Origin: Alphaproteobacteria bacterium
GTDB lineage: Bacteria > Pseudomonadota > Alphaproteobacteria > SP197
Reading direction: 5' to 3'
Assembly: GCA_965242595.1 (NCBI GenBank)
Contig: OZ251464.1
Span: forward strand, 1,982,235 to 2,046,234
DNA: 64,000 nt
Shown here: positions 42,201 through 54,200 of the stretch, in pieces
Numbering within the stretch: the first letter of the stretch is position 1
How the letters are laid out: each line of letters starts with the position of its first letter
Notes under the pieces: model-generated
Database searches by the model: none
What the model was told of the DNA's origin: nothing
What the model saw: the letters and a program-made list of their open reading frames with translations, nothing else
Program-made: the position numbers and the translations under genes

Positions 42201-45200
42201 ACCGTCTCGCCCTCGGTCCAGGTCCAGGCGTCCTCGGCATCGTCCGCGAACGATGGCTGGGTGTCCTCCTCCACCGCCAGCGTGAACGTCAGCACCGCCC
42301 GGTCGCCATCCACATCGCTGGCGGTCAGCCGGTAGCTGGCGCCCGCGGCGGCGGCCGTGGGCGTGCCCGTGATGCGGCGCGTGGCGGCATCGAAGGCCAG
42401 CCCCGCCGGCAGCGCCGGCGTCAGGGCGTAGCTTAGCGCCGAGTTCACGTCGGTCGCCGTCTCCCCCGCCCCCGGCGTCGGGAAGCTCGCCGCCGGCAGC
42501 GCCGGATCGTCGGCCCACACCGGGCTTCCCTTCACGAACCTCTTGGCCGCCACCGTCGCCGAGCCGAAGGAAGGCGCCCGGTCGTTGATGCGCGGAGGGC
42601 GGTTCGTGAACGAAATCGGCGCCCGCACGTCGATATCCAGGATCGCCGGCGTGTTGTGATAAGGCCCTCCATCGGCCCGGATATAGCCGCTGACGCCTTC
42701 GTTGGCGTCGTAGAACAGCCGGAACGGATGGCGCGGAACGGTGATGCCGTCGCCGTCCCAGTCCGACGCCTGCACCTGGTATTCGAAGGTGAGTTCGCCC
42801 GGGTTGGTGTCGTAGAACGTGGCCGCCGCCGCCTCGCGGTCGTTGTCGCCGATCTTGAACTTCAGGCCCATGCCGGCGCCGGGCGTGGCGATGGCGGCAT
42901 CGAAATTGAACGAGAACAGGATGATGCCGCCGGTGCGGAAATTCGCCAGCGTCGCGCCCTGGTGGTCGGTGATGCGCAGGCGCTCGACGCCCGGGTTGGT
43001 GGACACGGCGATGGAGACGTTCAGCGTCGCCACATCGCCGTCCCGGTCGGTCGCCGTCAGCCGATAGACCGTCGCCGCTCTGGTTTGCGTCGGCCGCCCC
43101 GTGATGCGCCCGCCATGGCTGTCCCGCGCCCCTGGCGCCGTGTAGGCCAGCCCCGCCGGCAAGCTCGCCATGGCATAGGTCAGCCTGCCATTGCCCCCGG
43201 TCGCCGCCGGCAGGCTGAAGGTGGGGAACGCCCGGTCGATGCCCAGCGTCCGCGCCACCTGCGAGACCGCGAACGAGGGTTGCAGATCGTCGGAAATCGT
43301 CCCGGTTCCGGTCGCCATCGCCAGAGTCGCATGCGCCGGCGCGGACAGCGTCACCACCACCGTCTCGCCGCTCTCGCTGCGGGTGTCGCTCCAGGCGGCG
43401 ATGCCGATGGTCCTGGCCGTCACGCCGGGCGCGAACGTCAGTGTGCCCGCCGTCAGCGCCGTGTAGTCCACCCCGGCGGTCGCCGTGCCGCCGCTCCCCT
43501 CCGCATAGTTCACCGTCACCTGGCGCCCGCTGGCCGCGCTCAGCGTCACCGTGAAGGTCAGCGTCCCGCCCTCGCCCACCTCCGGTGAATCGATCGCCAG
43601 CGACGGCGTCGCATCGTCGTCGGCGATGGTGCCGGTGCCTGTGGCCGCGCTCCCCAGCGTCGCGCCCGAGGGGTTGGAAAGGACCACGCGCAGCGTCTCG
43701 TCCGCTTCGTCCAGCCTGTCGTCTGCCACCGCCGCGGCGATGGTCTTGCGCGTCTGCCCCGGCGCGAACGTCAGCGTCCCGCCCGCCAGCGCCCCATAGT
43801 CGGTCCCGGAGGTGGCCGTGCCCAAGCCCGCATCCGCCCAGTCCACCGTCACCTGACGGCCGCTCACCGCGTCCAGCGTCACCGCGAAGGACAGCGCCGC
43901 CTGGCCGCTATCGCCCTCCGCCACGCTGGGCGAGGAGATCGCCAGCGTCGGCGAGGGGTCGTCGTCGGCGATGGTGCCGGTTGCCGTCGCCGTGCCCAGG
44001 GCCGCGTTCATGGCGTCGGAGAGCGTCACCGCCACCGTTTCGTCCACCTCGTCCAGCGTGTCGCCTTCCACCGTCACGGCGATGGTCTTGGCCGTCTCGC
44101 CCACCGCGAATGTCAGCGTGCCGGGCGCCAGCGCCGTGTAATCCACCCCCGCCGTCGCCGTGCCCGTCCCCGCATCGGCATAGTTCACCGTCACCGTCTG
44201 GCCGCTGGCTATGCTGAGCGTCACCGGCAACGACAACACCGCCTGGCCGGTATCGACCTCCACCACCCGCGCCGCCGCGATGGCCAGCGTCGGGCGGGTG
44301 TCGTCATCGATGATCGTCCCCGTGCCGCTCGCCCCGCTCAGATTCGCGTTGGTCGCGTTGCTCAAGCTCAGCACCACGGTCTCGTCCGCCTCGTGCCCCG
44401 CATCCCCGGCCACCGTCACGACGATGTCCTTGCTGCGCTCTCCCGGCGCGAAGGTCAGCGTGCCGGGGGCCAGGGCCGTGTAATCCACCCCCGAGGTCGC
44501 CGTGCCCGTCCCGGCGTCGGCATAGTCCACCGTCACCGTCTGGCCGCTGGCCACGCCCAGCCTGGCGCTGAAGGTCAGCATGGCCGCCATGGCGTCGCCG
44601 GCACCGCCCTCGGAAACCGACGCCGCATCGGTCAGCGCCAGGTCCGGCTGGTTGTCGTTGTCAGTCAGCGTCAGCGCCGCCCCCGTCACGCTGCCCGCGC
44701 CGGTGGGGGAGCTATGGTCGTTCGCCACCGTCGCCGTCACCGTCTCCTGGCGGGCGGGGTCGTCGCGCAGATTGTCTATCGCCGCCAGCCTCGCCCTGTC
44801 CGAGGCGGCGGCCGTGGCCCCGGCCGCGATCACGATGGTGGCGTCCGGACCCACCGTCCAGGCCCCCGCCTTCGGCACCACCGTCACCGTGGTCGCCGCG
44901 CTCGAGGCGCCCGACAGCGTCGCCGACACCGACGCCACCCCGCCCGCCTCCGAAATCGAGGTCGGCGCCACCGTCAGCGTCACCTCCGGCGCCGCGTCGT
45001 CGTCTTCGATGGTGAGCGTCAGCGGCAGCACCGCCTGGGTGTTCGCGCCGCTGGCCGCGCTCGCCGAGATCGTCACCTGCTTGTCCGGCCCATCCACCTG
45101 GTCGTTCACCGCCGCCACCGTCACCACCCCCTCGCTCGCCGTCTCCCCCATCTTGAGGGTCAGCGTCGTCGCCGCGCTCAGCGTGAAATCGCCCGCCACC

Positions 45201-48200
45201 GCCGGCGCCACCGGGGCCGCCGTCACCGTCACCGTCATCGCCGTGCTCGGCGGCAAGGGCAGCCGCGCCGTCACCGTCGCCGCCCCGGCCTGGCCGCCAT
45301 CCTCTTCGATGCGCGCCGACGACAGATGCAGCGTCACCCGCGCGCCATCGTCGTCGAGATTGGCCGCCCGCACCTCGCTGCTCGCCAGGGCGCGATAGCC
45401 GGCGTCGCCGGGCGGCGTGGCCGTGGCCGCCGCGCTGTCCGCATCCAGCGTGATGGCATAGCTCACATCGCCGTCCACCGGATTGGCAGGCGCGTCGTTC
45501 TGGCCGTGAACCGTCACCGTCTGCGCCGTGCTCCAGCTGGTGGCGTCGAATGTCAGCGTCGCCATTGCCGCCGCGCTCGCGCCGCTGGCGACCGAAATCA
45601 GCCCCTCGCCCGTATTGCCGCTGCTCACCGTCACCGTCACCGCCGCCGTCGGCGCGCTGGCAAGCGCCACCGTGAAGCTGTCCGTGGTTCCCGTCTCGCT
45701 GGTCTGGGTCGAACCCTGGCTCTCCACCACCGTCAGCCCCGCCGCGTCGTCATCGACATTGGTCACGCTCACCGTGACGTTCCCCAGGCCGCGATAGGCG
45801 CCGTCGCCCGCGCTGTCCGGGTTGAGCGTGACGGCATAGCTGGCGTCGCCATCGTCCGCGTCGTCGTCCACGCCCCGCACCCGCACCTCCTGGCCCACAT
45901 TCCAGTCGGACGCGCTGAAGCTCAGCGTCCCCGAACTGCCCCAGTTGCCGCCGCTATCCACCGACAGCTGGCCCTCGCCCGCCGACCCGGACGGGATCGA
46001 CGCCGCCACCGTCACCGCCGCCACCGGCTGGCTGGAAAGCGCCACCGTGAAGCTGTCCGTGCCTCCCGCCTCGCCGGTCCGGGTCGCCCCCTGGCTCTCC
46101 ACCACCGTCAGCCCCGCCCGGTCGTCGTCGTCGCGGATGAAATTGCTCGCAGTCGAGTCCCTCACATTGGCGTTGACCTGGTTGGTGAGCCTCAGGCACA
46201 CCGACTCGTAGAGGTTCTCGTCGATGTCGTCGTCCAGCACCGTCACGTGGAAGCTGAGGGAATTGCTGCCCGGCGGGATGGTCACCACCCGCCCGGTGAG
46301 GGAGGTGTAGTCCAGCCCCGCGGTTGCGGGGGGACGCGGCCCAGGCGCCCTGCAGGTTCCCAGATTGAACGTGATCGGCAGCTCGCTCCTGCCATCCAGT
46401 TGCAAAACGAAATTCACCTGCCCCGCCTGTCTGTAGGTGAAACTGCTGCCGGGCCTCTGCGCCGCGCCGCTGCGCCCTTCCCAGCCGGCATCGTCCGAAC
46501 TGAAGAGGGTGACCGTCGGCGTTCTGTCGTCGTCGGTCAGCGTCAGCGCCACGTCGGCCGCATCCGCCACCCCGTTGCCGCCCGTCGCCGTGCCCGAGAC
46601 CGTCACCTGCTTGCTGGGCGAATCCAACCCGTTGTTGTTCGCCCTCACCGTCACCGCCCCGGTGCTGGCCGTGCTGCCGGCCGCGATGGTCAGCGTTTTG
46701 GCCATGCTCAGCGTGAAGTCCCGCGCCGCCGCATAGCTTCCCGGCGCCGCCGCCACCGTCACCGTCACCGCCTCGCTGGAGGCGGCCGAAAGCGCCGCCG
46801 TCACCGACGTTACACCGCCCGACTCCGAAATCGACGACGGCGCCAGCGCCAGCGTCAGCGTCGGCAACACATCGTCGTCGCTCAGCGTCAGCGTCGCGTC
46901 CGCCGGCGGCGCCACCCCGTTGCCGCCCACCGCCGTGGCCGAGACCGTCACCTGCTTGTCGGGCGAGTCCACATCGTTGCCGTTCGCCGTCACCGTCACC
47001 GCCCCGGCGCTGGTGGTGCTGCCGGCGGCGATGGTCAGCGTCCTGGCCGCGCTGAGGTCGAAATCCGCCCCCACCGCCCCGGTTCCCGCCGCCGCCACCA
47101 CCGTCACCGTCACCGCCTCGCCCGAGGGATGGGACAGCATGGCCGTCACCGTCGCCACCCCGCCGGTCTCCGAAATCGACGCCGGCTCCAGCGCCAGCGT
47201 CAGCGTCGGCAGCGCGTCGTCGTCGTTCAGCGTCAGCGCCGCCCCGGTGACAGCGCCCACCCCCGGCCCGCTCGCCGCCCGGCCCGTCACCGTGACGGAA
47301 CGGCCGCCGCTGCCCTCATGGGCGTCGTTGTCCACCGCCGCCACCGTCGCCACATCGTCGCCGCCGGCGGTCTGCCCGCCCGCGATGACGATGCTGGCAT
47401 CCGCCCCCGCCGTGTAGCCCCCCTCCACCGGCGTCACCGTCACCGTCACCGCCGCCACCGAGGGATGGGACAGCATGGCCGATACCGTCGCCACCCCGCC
47501 CGCCTCCGCAATCGAGGCCGGGTTCACCGCCAGCGTCACCGAGGGCGGGGCGTCGTCGTCGGCCAGCGTCAGCGCCGCCCCGTTGACGGCGTTGCCGCCC
47601 AGGGCGCTCGCCGCCCTGCCGGTCACCGTCACGCTCCGCCCCGCCGCCCCTTCGTAAGCGTCGTTGTCCGCCGCCACCACCGTGGCGATGTCGGCGCTGG
47701 CGGTCTGCCCGGCCGCGATGGCGATGCTGGCGTCCGCCCCCTGGCCATAGGCGCCGGCCACCGCCTCCACCGTCACCGTCACCGCCTGGCTGGACGGCCC
47801 CGACAGCACCGCCGTCACCGTCGCCACCCCGCCCGCTTCCGTCACCGATGCCGGCCGCGCCGCCAGTGTCACCGACGGCGTCTCTTCGTCGTCCGTAATG
47901 GTCAGCACCGCCCCGGTCACGCCCCCCGCGCCCTGGGCATTGGTCATGCTGCCCGTCACCGCCACCTGCCGGTCCGCCTCGTCGATGGCGTCGTCCAGCG
48001 CCGTCACCAGCGCGGTATCGCCCGCATTCTCGGTTCGCCCCGCCTGGATGACGATATGGCGGGTGGAGTCGTCCACCTCATAGGCGCCCGACAGCGACGC
48101 CACCGTCACCGTCGTCACCGCGCTGGACGGATGCGACAGCGCCGCCGATACCGTCGCCACCCCGCCCGCCTCCGAAATCGTGGCCGGCGCCGCCGTCAGC

Positions 48201-51200
48201 GTCACCCCCGGCGCCGCGTCGTCGTCGTTCAGCGTCAGCGCCACCGCCGCCGGCGCCGCCACCCCGCCACCCGCCGCCAGGCCGGAGATCGTCACCGTCC
48301 CGTTGGGCGCGTCCGTGGCGTTCCCCACCGCCGTCACCGTCACCGCCCCGCTGCTGGCGCTCTGCCCGGCCGCCACCGTCAGCGTCCGCGCCGCCGACAG
48401 GGTGAAGTCCAGCGCCGACGCCCACGCCCCCGGCTGTGCCTGAACCGTCACCGTCACCGCCGCGCTCGCCCCCGCCGACAGGGTGGCCGTCACCGTCGCC
48501 ACCCCGCCCGCTTCCGCGATCGCCGCCGGCTCCAGCACCAGCGCCAGCGTCGGCGGCCCGTCGTCGTCCAGCAGCGTCAGCACCGCATCCGCCGGCGCCG
48601 CTATCCCGCCGCCGGCGCTGCTGCCGGAGATCGTCACCCGCTTGTCCGCCGTGTCGTCGCCATTCCCCACCGCCGTCACCGTCACCACGCCGCTGCTGGC
48701 CGTCGCCCCGGCCGCGATGGTCAGCTTGGTTCCCGTCAGCGTGAAATCGCCCACCGCCGCCCCGGCCCCGGGCGCCGCCGCCACCGTCACCGTCACCGCC
48801 TGGCTGGCCGGATAGGAGAGCGTCGCCGTCACCGTCGCCACCCCGCCCGTCTCCGAGATCGACGACGACGACAGCACCAGCGCGGCCGTCGGGCGGGCAT
48901 CGTCGTCCTCCAGCGTCAGCGCCACCGGGCTGGGCGCCGCCGCCCCGTTGCCGCCGGCAACCGTGCCCTGGACCCGCACCCGCTTGTCCGGCGTCACCGC
49001 CGCATTGCCCACCGCCGTCACCGTCACCACGCCGCTGCTGGCGGTCTGCCCGGCCGCGATGGTCAGCGTCCGCGCCGCCGACAGCGCGAAGTCCCGCGCC
49101 GCCGCCCCGGCCCCCGGCAGCGCCTGCACCGTCACCGTGGTGTCCTGGCTGGACTCGCCCGAAAGCGTCGCCGTCACCGTCGCCACCCCGCCGCTCTCCG
49201 AAATCGACGCCGGCGCCACCGCCAGCGCCACCGCCGGCGTCGCCTCGTCGTCCACCAGGAACAGGAACAGATCCTCGAGGCGATGCGCCGGCACGCCCTG
49301 CCCCAACGACACCCGGCCCTCGATGCGCACCTCCCTGTTGGGCGCATCCACATCGTTGTCCAGCCCCGTGATCTCCACCGCCTCCGTGCTGGCCGTCTGC
49401 CCCGCCACGATGTTCAGCCCGGTGCCCGTGCCGCCCCGCACCGCCTCGGCCCGGTAGCCCGCCACATTGGCGTTCGGCTGGATCGTGACCAGAACCCGCA
49501 CATCCGCCGTCGTCGCCGCGCTCAGCGCCACCGTCAGCGTCGCCACGCCGCCGTTCTCCGAGATCGACGACGACGACAGCGCCAGCGAGGCCCGCGGCGC
49601 CCCGTCGTCGTCGCGAATCGCCAGCATGGCGTCGCCCGGATCCGCCACCCCCAGCCCGCCCGACGCCGCGCCGGAGATCGCCACCCGCTTGTCCGGCGCA
49701 TCCACGCCGTTGTCGCTGGCCGTCACCGTCACCGCGCCCGAACTGGCGGTCGCCCCCGCCGCGATGGTCAGCGTGTTGGCCGCGCTCAGCGCAAAGTCCG
49801 TCCCCGCGCCCGGCGCGGCCGATATCGTGATGGTCACCGGCGCGCTGGAGGGATGCGACAGCACCGCCGTCACCGTCGCCACCCCGCCCGCCTCCGAAAT
49901 CGACGCCGGCGTCACGACCAGCGTCGCCGCTGGCGTGGTGTCGTCGTCGGCGATCGCCAGCCTGGCCGGCGCCACCGCCGCCACGCCCTGGCGGTTGGCC
50001 GCCGAACCCGACACCTCCACCCGCTTGTCGGGCGAATCCACCGGGTTGGCCACCGCCGTCACCGTCACCCGCCCCGTGCTCTCCCGCCGCCCCGCCGCGA
50101 TGGTCAGCGTGGTTCCCGCTTGCGTGAAATCCGCCGCCGCCGCATGGGCCGCCGCCGCCGCCGAGACCGTGACGGTGGTCGCCGAACTGGACGGATGGCT
50201 CAGCACCGCCGTCACCGTCGCCACCCCGCCCGCCTCCGCAATCGTGGCCGGAGTCACGGCCAGCGCCGGCACCGGCGGGTCGTCCTCGTCGCGCAGCGTC
50301 AGCACCGCCGCCGGCGGCGCCCGCACATCGTCGCTGGCCGCCGCCCGCGCCGTCATGCGCCGGTCCGGCGTATCGACCGCGTTGTCCACCCCCGTGATCG
50401 TCACCGTCCCGGCGCTCGCCGTCGCCCCCTGCGCGAATGTCAGCACCGGCGCCGCCGACAGCGCCGCATCGCCCGCCCGCGCCGGCGCCTGCGGCGTCAG
50501 CGACAGCGTCAGCGTCGCCGCCGAAACCGCCGCCTTGTCCAGCACCGCCGTCACCGTCGCCACCCCGCCATTCTCCCAGATCGCCGCCGGCGTCAGCGCC
50601 AGCGTCGCCTTGGGCAGGGCGACGATGGGAACCCACTCGCCGTAGAAGAAATTGGTCTGGTTGCCGCCGCTCCCACCGCGGAGCGTATCCACGACGAAGA
50701 CGACCACGCCATCGTTGTCGATCATCGCCTGGGTAAGACGGATGGTCCTGGACCAGCCGCCGCCGCTGGCCTGGCGGCAAACGGCGCCCTCGGTCGGCGC
50801 GGGGTGGGTGCTTCCAGAGCCTCGACTAACCGTCCTGTACGCGCACGCCCAGATCTGTCGCCGCGACGCGTCCTCCGCAGGCGGCGCGCTAACGGCGATG
50901 GTTTGCGGGGCGCTCTTGCCCAGCAGCGACGCCGTGGTGACGTTAAAATTGTGCGCCTGCCCCCAGCGCCTGTCGTTCCCTGTCGGCGTCCCACCCTCGT
51001 TGTCGGCGATCTCCACGCTCACGCTCGCCGGGTTCGCCACCCCATGGCCCCCCGCCGCCGCGCCGGTCACCGTCACCCGCTTGTTCGCCGCCGCCACATC
51101 GTTGTTCACCGCCGTCACCGTCACCGACCCCGTGCTGGCGGTGCCCTCCGCCGCGATGGTCAGCGCCCGGTTCGCGCTCAGCTGGTAGTCGGTCACCGCC

Positions 51201-54200
51201 GCCCCCGTCCCCGGCATCGCCGCCACCGTCACCGTCACCGCCGCGCTGGACTTGCCCGACAGCGCCGCCGTCACCGTCGCCACCTCGCCGCCCTCCGAGA
51301 TCGAGGCCGGCGCCACCGTCAGCGTCACCGACGGCGTCCGCTCGTCGTCCACCACGGTCAGCACCGCCGCCACCGGGTTCGCCACCCCGCGCCCGCCCGT
51401 GGCGCCCCCCGTCAGCCGCACCCGCTTGTCCGGCGCATCGACATCGTTGTCCCTGGCCGTCACCGTCACCACGCCGCTGCTGGTCGTCTGCCCGGCCGCG
51501 ATGGTCAGCTTCGTGGTCGCGCTGAGGTCGAAATCCGCCGCCACCGCCGGGGCCACCGCCGCCGCCGCCACCGTGATCGTCACCGCCGCGCTGGAAGGAT
51601 GCGACAGCCCCGCCGTCACCATCGCCACATTGTCACTACCGCTTTCCTCTATAGACGCGTGCGAAAGTAACAACCGCGCCGTCGGGGTGGCGTCGTCGTC
51701 GGTCAGGGTCAGCGTCACGGCGGAAGGCGCCGCCACCCCATGGCCCCCCACCGCCGGGCCGGAGACCGTCACCTGCTTGTCGGGCGAGTCCACAGCGTTG
51801 TCGTTGGCCGTGATCGTCACCGCCCCGGTGCTGGTCGTGGCGCCCGCCGCGATGGTGAGCGTCTTGGCGGCGGAAAGGCCGAAATCGGCCGCCACCGCGC
51901 CGGTCCCGGGCGCCGCCGCCACCGTCACCGTCACCGGCGCGCTCGCCCGGCCCGAAAGCGTCGCCGTCACCGTCGCCACCCCGCCGCCTTCCGAGATCGA
52001 GGGCGCGGACAGCGTCAGCTCCAGGGTCGGCGCCATCTCGTCGTCGCTGAGCGTCAGCGCCACCCCCGTCACCGGGCCGGTGCCCTGGTCGTTGGCCATG
52101 CTGGCCGTCACCGTGGTCTGGCGCCCGCCGCTGCCCTCATAGACGTCGTTGTTGGCCGCCGTCACCAGCACCGTGTCGCCCGCATTCGCTGTCTGGCTGG
52201 CCGCGATGACGATGGTGGCGTCGGCTCCCACCGTGTAGAAGCCGGAAACCGCCGCCACCGTCACCGTGGTCGCCGCGCTCGAGGCGTGGTCCAGCGTCGC
52301 CGTCACCGTCGCCTCGCCGCCGTTCTCGGAGATCGACGCCGGCGCCACCGCCAGCGTCACCTCCGGCGCCGCGTCGTCGTCCGCGACGGTCAGCGTCAGC
52401 GCGGGCGGCGATACCACCCCGCGCCCGCCCGTGGCCACCCCGGACACCGTCGCCTGTTTGTCCGGCGCATCCGCCCCGTTATCGACCGCCGTGATCTCCA
52501 CCGCCCCCACGCTCGCCGTCGCCCCCGCGGCGATGGTCAGTGTCCGGTTCGCGCTCCAGCTGAAATCCCCCGCCACCGCCGGCGGCACCGCCGTCAGCGA
52601 AACCGCAATCTCCACCGCCTCCCCCGACGGATGCGTCAACTTCGCCGTCACCGTCGCCACATTAGAGGCCCCGCTTTCGTCGATGGTGGCGGACGAAAGC
52701 ATCAGCGTCGCCGTCGGCAGCGCATCGTCGTCGCGCACCGTCAGCGTCGCATCCGCCGGGTTCGCCACCCCGTTGCCGCCCACCGCCTGGCCGGAGACCG
52801 CCACCCGCTTGTCGGCCGCATCGGTCGTATCCGGCAGCGCCGTCAGCGTCACCGCGCCCGAACTGGCCGTGTCGCCGGCCGCAATCGTCAGCAGCGTCCC
52901 GGTCTGGGTGAAATCCGCCCCCGCCCCCGGCGTCGCCGCCACCGTGATCGTCACCGCCTGGCTGGAGGCGCCCGAAAGCGTCGCCGTCACCGTCGCCACC
53001 CCGCCCGCCTCGGCGATGGCGGAAGGTTGCAGCGCCAGCCGCGCCGTGGGCGTGGCCTCGTCGTCGGCCAGCGTCAGCGTCGCATCCGCCGGGTCCGCCA
53101 CCCCGTTGCCACCGGTCGCCGTGGCGGAGACCGTCACCGCCTTGTCCGGCGCATCCACCGCGTTGTCATTGGCCGTCAGCGTGACCGTCCCGCTGCTGGC
53201 GGTGTCGCCCGCCGCGATGGTCAGCATCGTTCCCGTCAGCGTGTAATCGCCCACCACCGCGCCCGTTCCCGGCGCCGCCGCCACCGTCACCGTCACCGCC
53301 TCGCTGGACGGGCCCGACAGGGCCGCCGTCACCGTCGCCTGGCCGCCCACCTCCGAAACCGACGACGACGACAGCACCAGCGACAGCGTCGGCGTGCCGT
53401 CGTCGTCGCGGATGGTGAGCGTCGCGTCCGGCGGATCCGCCGCCCCGGGGCTGCCCGCAGCGGTCGCCGAAATCGTCACCCCCTTGTCGGCCGAGTCGGT
53501 GGGGTTCCCCACCGCCGTCACCGTCACCGGCCCCGAACTGGTCGTGGCGCCGGCCGCAATCGTCAGCGTGGCGGGCGCGCTCAGGGTCCAATCGCCCACC
53601 GCCGCGCCCGCACCCGGTGCCGCCGTCACCGTCAGCGTCACCGCCGCCGCCGAGGGGTTGGAAAGCGTCGCCGTCACCGACGCCACCCCGCCAGTCTCCG
53701 AGATCGAGGCCGGGGTGAGCGCCAGGGCCGAGCTGGGGCGCGCATCGTCGTCGGCGATGGTCAGCGTCACGTCGGCGGGCGCCGCCACCAGCCCGTGCCC
53801 GCCCGCCACCTGCCCGCTCACCGTGGCGGTTTTCGCCGTCGAGTCGATGGCATCGTCCACCGCCGTCACCGTCACCGCGCCGACGCTGGCCGTCGCACCC
53901 ACCGCGATAGTCAGCGTCCGCGCCGCCGACAGGGCAAAACCGCCGTCGGCGGCCAGCGCCGCATAGACCGGCGTCGCCGCCACCGTCACCGTGATCGCCT
54001 CGCCCGAAACGCCGCCGGCAAGGCTGGCCGTCACCGTGGTCGCGTTGCCCGCCCCGCTTTCGGCGATGCTGTGCGGCCGCCCCGCATCCGGGGCCGAAAG
54101 CGCCAGCGTCAGCACCGGCGTCGGATCGTCGTCCTCGATGGTGCCGGTTCCGATGGCCGCGCTTCCCAGCCTGGCGCCGGAGGGGTTGGAAAGCTCCAGG

